64,000 nucleotides of DNA from Deltaproteobacteria bacterium (GTDB lineage Bacteria > Desulfobacterota > Desulfomonilia > UBA1062), in NCBI GenBank assembly GCA_018436855.1, contig JAHDKO010000135.1:22929-86928 (forward strand). The letters are read 5' to 3'. The notes below the pieces were generated by a model. That model searched no databases and was not told the DNA's origin. It was given only the letters and a program-made list of their open reading frames with translations. Positions within the stretch are counted from its first letter, which is position 1. Every line of letters begins with the position of its first letter. The position numbers and the translations under genes were made by a program. This document shows, in pieces, positions 18,298 to 26,336 of the stretch.

Positions 18298-18796
18298 GCA
18301 GGGATCGATGCCTTTTTTGCTTGCCGTGAACGGTCTTATTCTACGAATAATGCCGTGAAACCCCTCCAGATTGGACATGGAGTCTTCCGTTTGGCCAATT
18401 CGCATCCCGTATTGACTTGCAAGTCCCATAACTAGCTCAAGGGGGAATTCATTGAAGATGACGGCTCTTTAAGGGTATGAAGAGAACAGCTTCCCTGTTT
18501 TCCCCTCGCCCGGAAGGCGCCCGGGAACGATTGGACGCAGTCCGGGTCATATCCTCTGTTTTCCCCTTACTTGGGAGGCGCCCGCTCGACTTGATCAAAG
18601 GGCGGACACGGCAGAGGCGTGCCCGGGGCGAGCCTCTCCGCGGTCATATCGCGATCCATGGTCCGGTCATTGACAAGCCGGCCGGTGATATCGGATGATG
18701 GTATCAAACCTCAGCGGCTGCAAGCGAGCCGGAAGATCACCGGTCGGAGGGCAACGTGCTGCGGGATGACGGGCCGCGAGCAAGAGACCTGCGATG

Positions 18797-18836
18797 ACGG
18801 ACCAGAGATAACGGACCAGAGATAACGGACCAGGGA
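18797..18836 (+). repeat. 14-bp tandem direct repeat (acggaccagagata x2 + partial) in ogt upstream region
   Basis: acggaccagagata | acggaccagagata | acggaccaggga. About 165 bp upstream of the ogt start. Confidence 0.7.
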
Positions 18837-18999
18837 TGAAAGGCCGGTGCCGGGCTGGTGATGCCGGATGGTGATACCCGGGCGGATATGATTCGCCGCA
18901 CATGGGAAACAGCCTCGCCCGGTGTTCACGGAAAGAGATCCATGCCGCATCGTGGGACGGCCCGTGATGCCGCAGCGCCGGAAAAAGGAGAGAAAAGAC

Positions 19000-19605
19000 A
19001 TGAGAACACAGACACCCCTTCAGGACATCACGGCTGACAAAAACTTCGAATCCCGGGCAAAAAAGGCCGGACCGGCCCGGAGCCCGGCTACCTCCGCCCG
19101 GATCACGGTCATGGAAATACCGGCCCCGATCGGGCACATGCTCGCGGGCGCCACGGACAGGGGGCTCTGCCTGCTGGAGTTTGTGAACGGTGAATCGCCC
19201 GAGGCACAGCTCGCAGCGATCGAGAAGACCTTTCGCGCGCGGGTCACGCCGGGTACCGGCCCCCATCTCGAAGCAGCCTTGAAGCAGCTCGAAGAGTACT
19301 TCTCGGGCAGGAGAAAGACCTTCGACCTCAGCCTCGACATGCAGGGCACCCCGTTTCAGCAGGATGCCTGGCAGGCCCTGCTCGCCATTCCCTATGGGTG
19401 CACCGTTTCCTATCAGGAGCAGGCCCGGTCCATGGGGAGGCCCTCTGCGGTCAGGGCCGTGGCAAACGCCAACGGCGCAAACCCGGTCTCCATCATCGTG
19501 CCCTGCCACCGTGTGATCGGCAGCAACGGCACCCTCACGGGCTACGGCGGCGGCCTGTGGCGGAAGCAGCACCTTTTGGACCTCGAAAAGAGGTATTCAG
19601 GCTGA
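19000..19605 (+). CDS. ogt: Methylated-DNA--protein-cysteine methyltransferase (Ogt/Ada C-domain)
   Basis: Active-site PCHRVIG and the conserved C-terminal GYGGGL...K.LL.LE. Start chosen at the ATG at 19000 (MRTQTPLQ) with GGAG about 10 nt upstream. The track ORF starts earlier, at 18922. Confidence 0.85.
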   Translation: MRTQTPLQDITADKNFESRAKKAGPARSPATSARITVMEIPAPIGHMLAGATDRGLCLLEFVNGESPEAQLAAIEKTFRARVTPGTGPHLEAALKQLEEYFSGRRKTFDLSLDMQGTPFQQDAWQALLAIPYGCTVSYQEQARSMGRPSAVRAVANANGANPVSIIVPCHRVIGSNGTLTGYGGGLWRKQHLLDLEKRYSG

Positions 19606-19869
19606 TCTTTCCGGAGAGACAGGCGCTCTTTTGCAGACATCTGCCGGTTCCGCCCCCGGCAGACGAGCGCCCGGAATCAATGGTATGGACCCTTGAAGGG
19701 CAAGCCCTTCGACCCGGCTTCAAACTGCAAGCAGCAGAGGTTGTGACCCTTTCCCGTCCTTGAAAAATATGAATCCTCCTTCTCGCTTCTCCACCCTGGA
19801 CCTCATGTCCCTGTTGATCCCTTTTGTGAAACAACCGATAAAATGAATATATCCGGGAGGTTTCCTGCG

Positions 19870-21102
19870 ATGAGAGAAAAGACCTTTTTCGATATTCACT
19901 GCCATGCCATGAACCTGAGCCATCCGAGCCTGATCGGTTTTGTGAAAAAGATGAACATCGACACACTGCTGTTTTTGAACTCGGTCCCGATTGTCAGCAC
20001 CGTGCTGTCGAAGTGCATCGACACAAAACTCAACCGGGTGATGAACCTGCTCTCGGTCATGGAGCGCGATCTGGGGAACTTTTTCCTGCTCATGGAAAAG
20101 GACTTGGAGCCCTTTCTGCACGACGGCAGGTTCGAGATCTGCGGCAGCTTCTATGACCGGGTGGTGCTCACGCCCTTGATGATGGACTTCGGATACAAGG
20201 GCGTGGACAGCTACCCCGGCATCCATTACCGCGACCTGCCGGAGAAACCCATCGTGGAGCAGGTCATCGACCTTTTCAACGGCATACGCAAGTATGTCCG
20301 GACAAGCGGGCTGAACATCTTCGAGATCTATCCCTTCCTGGGGATCAACACCCGCAACTACGACATGGAAGGCACGTCAGGGAGCACCGGCCTGCCCGAC
20401 CTTCTGGGGAAGTATTTCGGTTCCTTCCTGTCCGAGACGCTCGCCGAGCGCCGCGCACGGCTGCTCGGCGCCATGGGCGGGTTTTCCGGAGACATCGACG
20501 ACTTGCGGGACTACTCATTTGCCGGGATCAAGGTCTATCCGCCCCTGGGTTTCGACCCCTGGCCCGCGGACGACCCGGAGGAGCTGGCCAAGGTGGAGTA
20601 CCTCTACGAATTCTGCGCCGCGAGGAAAATTCCGATCACGGCCCACTGCAGCGACGGCGGATACCACACGCACGAACAGGCCAGGGCCTTTACCGACCCG
20701 GAAAAGTGGGTCCGGGTGCTCTCGCGTCATCCCGCGCTGAAGCTGAACCTGGCCCACTTCGGCAAACAGGACAAGGCCTGGGGTCTTTTTCCGAAAAAGG
20801 AGTGGCAGCAGGCCGTCATAAGCCTGATCGCAGAGTACGACCACGTCTACACCGATTTCTCGTGCTGCGGTTTCGACGAGGGATTCTATGCCCGGCTCAG
20901 CGACACCATACACGACCAGCCGTCCGAGATCAGTGATAAGCTGAGACAGCGGATCCTCTTCGGCACGGATTTCATGATCAACCTGCTCTGGACCGACTCG
21001 TACCGGAGCTATCTCGACACCTTCTCGCGCCAGAGACATTTCAGGAGCCTGGACGCCCACCAGTTGTGCTCGGTGAATCCGCAAAGCTTCCTGTTCGGAT
21101 AA
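19870..21102 (+). CDS. Amidohydrolase-2 family metal-dependent hydrolase (TIM-barrel)
   Basis: Start MREKTFFDIHCH with GGAGG 9 nt upstream. HxH (DIHCH), later His residues (ITAHCSDGGYHTH, LNLAHFG) and FGTDF Asp are consistent with the amidohydrolase_2/ACMSD superfamily. Substrate unknown. Confidence 0.65.
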   Translation: MREKTFFDIHCHAMNLSHPSLIGFVKKMNIDTLLFLNSVPIVSTVLSKCIDTKLNRVMNLLSVMERDLGNFFLLMEKDLEPFLHDGRFEICGSFYDRVVLTPLMMDFGYKGVDSYPGIHYRDLPEKPIVEQVIDLFNGIRKYVRTSGLNIFEIYPFLGINTRNYDMEGTSGSTGLPDLLGKYFGSFLSETLAERRARLLGAMGGFSGDIDDLRDYSFAGIKVYPPLGFDPWPADDPEELAKVEYLYEFCAARKIPITAHCSDGGYHTHEQARAFTDPEKWVRVLSRHPALKLNLAHFGKQDKAWGLFPKKEWQQAVISLIAEYDHVYTDFSCCGFDEGFYARLSDTIHDQPSEISDKLRQRILFGTDFMINLLWTDSYRSYLDTFSRQRHFRSLDAHQLCSVNPQSFLFG

Positions 21103-21138
21103 ATATCGGGGACGGGTTCACATTTCGGCTTTTCCCTG
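21101..21138 (+). repeat. ~38-bp repeat element A, copy 1 (just after amidohydrolase stop)
   Basis: aaatatcggggacgggttcacatttcggcttttccctg. A second copy at 25508-25545 (aaatatcggggacgggttcacatttcacctttcccctg) has 34/38 identities. Confidence 0.7.
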
Positions 21139-21220
21139 GCTATACCACATTGCAGCTTGTGCTGTGAGTCGGCCACTGTTCACGCTCACCGTTCACCACT
21201 ACCACAAGGAGGCCTTCCTT

Positions 21221-21370
21221 GAATCCTCCTTCTTAGTCCGCATAGTGAAGTGCTTTGAAGGTGGGGTCGCATTCCTGTTCAAGCTTTTAGGCTTGAAGTA
21301 GGGTCCAGGGCTTGCCGTTGAAGGTCCATACCATTGAATGGGCTACCAGAAGTAAGCTGCCGGATATGAA
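21221..21370 (+). repeat. ~150-bp intergenic repeat element B, copy 1 (upstream of tetR)
   Basis: gaatcctccttcttagtccgcatagtgaagtgctttgaaggtggggtcgcattcctgttcaagc...gggcttgccgttgaaggtccataccattgaatgg...ggatatgaa. About 80% identical to copy 2 over the aligned length, by eye. Confidence 0.75.
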
Positions 21371-21493
21371 CTCTACAAGAGAATCAACCTTTGCTGCGTG
21401 GATGCATCAGACATCTCAAGGCTGGATGATGGGCGGTGGTGAAAAGGCAATCCAGGTATTGACTAGAATAATATTCTAGCATATAATTCTATT

Positions 21494-22111
21494 ATGAAGC
21501 AGAAAAAAGGCAGGCATACCGGCTCGGAATCGAGGAGGAGGGATATCATCAATGCGGCACTGGCCTGTTTTTCCAAGATCGGCTTCTCCGAAACGAGCAT
21601 GGACGACATCCGCAGTCGTTCAGGAGCCAGCACCGGGAGCATCTACCACCATTTCAAGAGCAAAGAACAGCTTGCGGCCGAGGTTTACATCGAGGGCATC
21701 GGCAATTACCAGGAAGAGCTGATTCGGGTTCTGAAAGGATGCGAAGGGCCGCGTGAAGGCATCCGTGCCCTGATAACTCATCATCTGACATGGATCGACG
21801 AGAACGCCGAGTGGTCGCGCTATCTGTTCCAGAAGCGCCACTCGGTGTTCATGGCATCTGCAGAAGAGAAGATCGCGGCCATGAACAGGGAATTCGGGCA
21901 GAAGATCGTGAAATTCTTCTCACGCCATATCGCGGAGGGTGCGCTGAGGCCTCTTCCTCCCGACATCATCATCTCGCTCGCCTTCGGCCCGTGCATGGAA
22001 ATTACCCGCAGGCACTTCTCCGGCCATGCAGGCACGGATTTTCACGAAGCGGCAGAGCTCCTGAGTGAGGCCGTGTGGCGCGCCCTTTCAGCACCTGGAG
22101 CAGACGGGTGA
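21494..22111 (+). CDS. TetR/AcrR family transcriptional regulator
   Basis: N-terminal HTH (RRRDIINAALACFSKIGFSETSMDDIRSRSGASTGSIYHHFKSKEQL). 205 aa. Flanked by two copies of a ~150-bp repeat. Confidence 0.85.
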   Translation: MKQKKGRHTGSESRRRDIINAALACFSKIGFSETSMDDIRSRSGASTGSIYHHFKSKEQLAAEVYIEGIGNYQEELIRVLKGCEGPREGIRALITHHLTWIDENAEWSRYLFQKRHSVFMASAEEKIAAMNREFGQKIVKFFSRHIAEGALRPLPPDIIISLAFGPCMEITRRHFSGHAGTDFHEAAELLSEAVWRALSAPGADG

Positions 22112-22124
22112 GACAGACGGTTTG

Positions 22125-22270
22125 AATCCTTCTTCTAAAGTCAGCTTCTTGAAATGCTTTGAAGGTGGGGTCACATTCCTGTTCAAGCCTGCGGCTAGGG
22201 CAGGGTCCGAAGGGCTTGCCCTTCAAAGGTCCATACCATTGATCAGGCGACTCAAAGGGGGATATGAAGT
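22125..22270 (+). repeat. ~150-bp intergenic repeat element B, copy 2 (downstream of tetR, upstream of hotdog gene)
   Basis: gaatccttcttctaaagtcagcttcttgaaatgctttgaaggtggggtcacattcctgttcaagc...gggcttgcccttcaaaggtccataccattgatcagg...gggatatgaa. Same orientation as copy 1. Confidence 0.75.
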
Positions 22271-23214
22271 GCAATCCGAAATTTCAGACATATGTGTGCA
22301 AGGAGGTGCCGGTGAGTGAGTGTAGTCTCACATATTCAGGGAAAATCCATCCCCTGCCGCTCTATATAAAGAAGCTCTGTTCCCGTACCAGCGGGTTCAT
22401 GTCCGGAGACCGGTTTCCCCGGATCGAGGCGGTATGGAGAAATTTCCGGATCGATCCGGGCCATCTCGCAGCGACATCCCGCCTGTGCGGGCTGACACCG
22501 GGAAAAACCGTGCCGGTCTTCTACCCGCTCACCTTTCTGTTTCCTCTGCACATGAGCCTGATCACCCACCGGGAATTTCCCCTCTCGTTTCTGAAAATGC
22601 TCCACCTGAGAGACCATATCGTTCAGCACCGCGCAATAGGTGTGGGCGAGCTCATGGGAATATCCAGCCGGATCGCCGGGCAGCGGGTCGTTCCCAGGGG
22701 TATCGAGTTCGATGTGTGCACCACCATCACTTCAGATGGTGCTACCGTGTGGGAGGGCATCAGCACGAACTTCTTTCCCGGCAGGTTCGGAGGGGAGACA
22801 GATCCTTCGCCCCTTTCCCGCTTCGAGCCCATGCCCGGCAGGTGCAGCACCATCCAGTGGACCATGCCCGGCAGGGGCGGCTTCCGGTTTGCCCTTCTGG
22901 CAGGCGACTATAACGGCATTCATTATCTGGCGCCTTATGCCAGGCTCATGGGTTTCAAACGCGATTTTCTGCACGGACAGCGGTCGATTGCCGAGTGCGT
23001 CAGGCGCATCCCCTCGTACGAACAAGAGTCCGTCGTCCTCAGTCTGGTCCTGAAAGGGCCTGTGTATTACCGAAGCGAAGTCTTCTTGAAGTATGCTCCC
23101 ATGAAGGATGGATTCCGGTTCGATCTGCACGCGAGAGACGACCGGAGGCCGTGCATTCTGGGCAGCCTGATTTTCCCGGGCGACGCGGCGAATGAAATGG
23201 AGAGGCCGGAGTGA
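22264..23214 (+). CDS. MaoC-like (hotdog fold) dehydratase-family protein
   Basis: C-terminal LLAGDYNGIHYLAPYARLMGFKRDFLHG matches the MaoC/enoyl-CoA hydratase hotdog signature. The ~200-aa N-terminal region may be a second hotdog. Start uncertain: ATG at 22264, or GTG at 22312 with AAGGAGG at 22300-22306. Confidence 0.55.
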   Translation: MKCNPKFQTYVCKEVPVSECSLTYSGKIHPLPLYIKKLCSRTSGFMSGDRFPRIEAVWRNFRIDPGHLAATSRLCGLTPGKTVPVFYPLTFLFPLHMSLITHREFPLSFLKMLHLRDHIVQHRAIGVGELMGISSRIAGQRVVPRGIEFDVCTTITSDGATVWEGISTNFFPGRFGGETDPSPLSRFEPMPGRCSTIQWTMPGRGGFRFALLAGDYNGIHYLAPYARLMGFKRDFLHGQRSIAECVRRIPSYEQESVVLSLVLKGPVYYRSEVFLKYAPMKDGFRFDLHARDDRRPCILGSLIFPGDAANEMERPE

Positions 23215-23296
23215 ACAGGTGAACAGGTCTTGAAAGAGCATTTCATTGTCAGATCGTGAAACGAAAAGCAGATCGTTGAAGAAAAAGGACGTGCAT

Positions 23297-23812
23297 ATGA
23301 AAAATCTCGAACAGATCGGTATCCATGAGCTGAAGGAACATCTCATCAAAAACTGGATGACCCATGACGCCATGTGGTTTTACCACTGCCTCCAGTCGTG
23401 CGGCATCGACGAGGCCAACCGGCTCAACAGGGCAGCCATCAAATCACTTGCCGCCATCGAGTTCAAGAGGGCCGAGAAGCTTTTCGGCATAACCCGCACA
23501 GACACGTTCGAGTATTTGAAAGACGCCGTTGATGCAGCATTTTCCGTGAGCAAGGGCGACTTCATGAATTTCACCTACACCTTCCCGGAAACCAACGTAC
23601 TCCGCTGGGAGTGGCCCGGGAACACCTGCTTTGCCTATCAGGGCATGCTGCGCATGGGCGTCATCGACCGCTACCAGTGCGGGGTGATCTACCGCGTGCA
23701 GTGCTGGATCGAACAGGCAGGGGTCGGATATACCTTATCCCCGGAGATCAGAGGCTGCCTCATGCACACCCGGGGACGGTGCGCAGGCGAGGTCAGGTTC
23801 GATTTCCCCTGA
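23297..23812 (+). CDS. Hypothetical protein
   Basis: 171 aa from MKNLEQIG (AAGGA 7 nt upstream). The track ORF starts at 23246. No family recognised. Same strand as, and downstream of, the hotdog gene. Confidence 0.5.
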   Translation: MKNLEQIGIHELKEHLIKNWMTHDAMWFYHCLQSCGIDEANRLNRAAIKSLAAIEFKRAEKLFGITRTDTFEYLKDAVDAAFSVSKGDFMNFTYTFPETNVLRWEWPGNTCFAYQGMLRMGVIDRYQCGVIYRVQCWIEQAGVGYTLSPEIRGCLMHTRGRCAGEVRFDFP

Positions 23813-23866
23813 CTCTCTGCCCGGGTGCGGTGCAGGTCGTAAGCTGCCCGCCCTGTCCGTGCAGCA

Positions 23867-24886
23867 TTATTCAACTGATCTGGCAATTTGCAGGATCTCA
23901 AACGGCAATTCGACGCCCCGCTTTGCCATCATTTTTGTGTCAACCATGACATTGAGATCCTGCTGGTGTGCCAGGGGCAAGGCCTCCGGTTTCACCCCCT
24001 CCATGATGATCTTCACTGCCTGTTGCGCCGACATGGAACCGCTGATCCCGAAGTCTGCACCCACATACAGACACGCTCCAGGGAACTTCATCAGTACGAG
24101 GCTTATCCCAGGCTGATTGTTCGCATCTCCTATCTTCAGGAGTTCCCTGCACGCCTCGTAGTCTCTCAGCCCGTAGTAGGTATCCAGGGGGATGATAAAG
24201 GTGTCGGCTCCTTCGTTCAACAGCTCAAGGGCGTAGGGGGTGATGTGATCGCTTTTGCTTTTCACCTGCCTGGTGATAACTTCCATTCCCACGGAAGGTG
24301 CATGTTTGCAGGCTTCTTCCACATGGGCAATAGCATTCTCGTCATCGCTGTAGACCACTGCCAGTTTCTTGAAGTCCGGAAACGCAAGCTTTATTATCTT
24401 CAGGGCGGTTTCCATATTCATGTACAGTGTCGAGCCGGTGAAACCAGGCCCCGATTCCATCAAAGATCTGCACCCGGCTGCTTCAGGTATGGATACGGCT
24501 GCAAATACGACCGGGATCCCGGCATTGATGATTCTGTCCTTGGCGTGTTTTGTGGCCGGAGTGCCGATGGTGAGAACGAGGTCCGGATTTGCATCGGCGA
24601 TCCGGGAGGCCTCGCCCTTGATCCTCATGAGTACGCGGATTTTTTTCCACAGCCCGGCCTTTTCCACATCAAAATCTATGACAGTCCGGTTGATCTCCAG
24701 GTTTTTCCCTTGAACGAGCCCGTATTTTCCCAGTTCATCGACAAACTTGTCATAACAGAGCTTGTACGGCTCGATATCAGTGACCTGCAGGGCCTCGATC
24801 CGGTACATTTTTTCCTGTGCTTGGCAGGGGGCTGAATGGACCGTAAAAATAACGGAAAGCACCAAGAATAAAAGCCATCTTTTCAT
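23867..24886 (-). CDS. ABC-transporter substrate-binding protein (ABC_sub_bind/PF04392-type periplasmic component)
   Basis: Start MKRWLLFLVLSVIFTVHSAPCQA (signal peptide) with GGAGG 9 nt upstream. The periplasmic-binding-fold body resembles the uncharacterised ABC-type SBP family (LTIGTPATKHA, AVVYSDDENA). No permease or ATPase gene is adjacent. Confidence 0.75.
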   Translation of the reverse strand: MKRWLLFLVLSVIFTVHSAPCQAQEKMYRIEALQVTDIEPYKLCYDKFVDELGKYGLVQGKNLEINRTVIDFDVEKAGLWKKIRVLMRIKGEASRIADANPDLVLTIGTPATKHAKDRIINAGIPVVFAAVSIPEAAGCRSLMESGPGFTGSTLYMNMETALKIIKLAFPDFKKLAVVYSDDENAIAHVEEACKHAPSVGMEVITRQVKSKSDHITPYALELLNEGADTFIIPLDTYYGLRDYEACRELLKIGDANNQPGISLVLMKFPGACLYVGADFGISGSMSAQQAVKIIMEGVKPEALPLAHQQDLNVMVDTKMMAKRGVELPFEILQIARSVE

Positions 24887-25507
24887 ACAAGGATCCTCCT
24901 TTGAGAAAGTGGTGGGTGGTGCAGGCAAACCATCATGAGGAACGCCCATTGCCGAGAGAAAGCACTCCCATATATTGCCCAGAGGGGGTGTTTTGCAGAT
25001 GATTTTTCCAGGAGGGGCGTTTCCTCAAGATTCTCGCAAAGACATATTCCCGGAACATTCGGCAGAAAACAGGTGTGCTTTTCAGGGCCTGGCTCGTCAT
25101 CTAGCGTATCATCAGCCACGGTAAAAAGACGAGCACCGTACCTGCCGGGTGAATCATGGTGCTGGAGAAAGTCTCCTCTCAGAGGCACTGAATATTTATG
25201 GAAAGAGATTAAATTCATATCATAATATAATAATACAAGATCATTTATCACAGAAGAGAGAAAGGAAGTAAAGAGTAAATTTAGAACCTATCCCTAAGAA
25301 CCTATCCATAAATAGGAATCACCTTTCTTATTGAGATAATAGTGGCAGCGAGTTGATGGAGGGCAAGAAAACTGGCCAAGGATTTTTCATATCGAACAAT
25401 GACTTTTCTGAATTGATTGAACCATGAATGACAGACTTCAACGACCCAGCGTTCTGCACGATATTGGGGGTTATGGGCTTTTTCCTATTTTCCTTCCCCG
25501 CGGGACA

Positions 25508-25545
25508 AATATCGGGGACGGGTTCACATTTCACCTTTCCCCTGA
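25508..25545 (+). repeat. ~38-bp repeat element A, copy 2 (upstream AT-rich region of giant gene)
   Basis: See copy 1. Same orientation. Confidence 0.7.
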
Positions 25546-26228
25546 TTTTCCTGATATGGCAAGGGGACGGATATTGGGTACCGTGGGTACCGGGGACAGC
25601 TCGTGGGTGATCCTGTACCTGGTTATGAACAGGGTAAGGCAAGAAATGATCATGAAGCTGAATTACTGTAATCCATATCTGCGGGAAAGGAAAGATGGTT
25701 CAGAGTGTCAAGGAAAATAACTGCCCCGTCTGTAAGAAAAAAATTTCCCTGAGGAATGATTGTCTTCTCTGTACGATATAATATTAAAGTGATAAGATGC
25801 AATATATTGATCACTTATAAAATAACAATGATTGGTAAGAAAATTGCATACGTGGTGAGCTCAGTATAGTATTCGAATGAATACGTGTGGTGTTTTATCT
25901 GTTTCGGGAGTGAGGGGCAAGGATCCGTGAGGACACTGTTGTTCGATGGTATGATTGTTGTGAGTGGTGTACATGGTCAGATCGATTTACCGTTATCTCC
26001 ATATCGCTCTATAAGCATGCCTCGAAAGAGTTCATCCATGATATAGCGCCAGCCAGGGATCCCTTCCTTCTGCCTCCATGCCGTTTCCTTGATCAAAGGA
26101 AACCCGATGTGGAAGGCTGATGTTTTTGTCCTGTGCGGTCTTCGTACCTTCAGGACAGTCATCTATTTTGAGAGCTGTTCGAGCAGAATGCACCTTTCGT
26201 ATAAGCAGTGTATTTTGCACAGTTCTTT

Positions 26229-26233
26229 GGAGG
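26229..26233 (+). promoter_or_regulatory. Ribosome-binding site (GGAGG) of giant gene
   Basis: GGAGG, then 10 nt, then ATG at 26244. Frame 0 opens after a TAA at 26202-26204. Confidence 0.6.
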
Positions 26234-26243
26234 ATCTCAGCTG

Positions 26244-26336
26244 ATGGATATGGGGAGAAATGTCGGTACCACGGTTGTACGATTTTTTCTTTCTGTTCTT
26301 TTATTTGTCATCACAACAGTGGGCACGGCACAGGCC
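26244..26336 (+). other. Sec signal peptide of giant protein
   Basis: Basic n-region (R), hydrophobic core [17 protein letters not shown] cleavage motif. Confidence 0.6.

Larger units (their letters stand above)
24950..26243. other. AT-rich ~1.3 kb non-coding region upstream of giant gene
   Basis: Only short, low-complexity ORFs. Markedly lower GC than the flanks. Contains a copy of repeat element A (25508-25545) and a gaatcacctttctta motif (25317). Confidence 0.6.

Noticed and set aside
18797-18836. Tandem repeat considered as a possible CRISPR array
   Set aside because: The units are directly adjacent with no spacers, only about 2.8 copies of 14 bp, and no cas genes. It is a simple tandem repeat.
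25317-25331. gaatcacctttctta resembling the 16S rRNA 3' end (GGATCACCTCCTTA)
   Set aside because: No rRNA gene body upstream. Isolated 15-nt similarity. More parsimoniously a member of the gaatcctccttct intergenic motif family.
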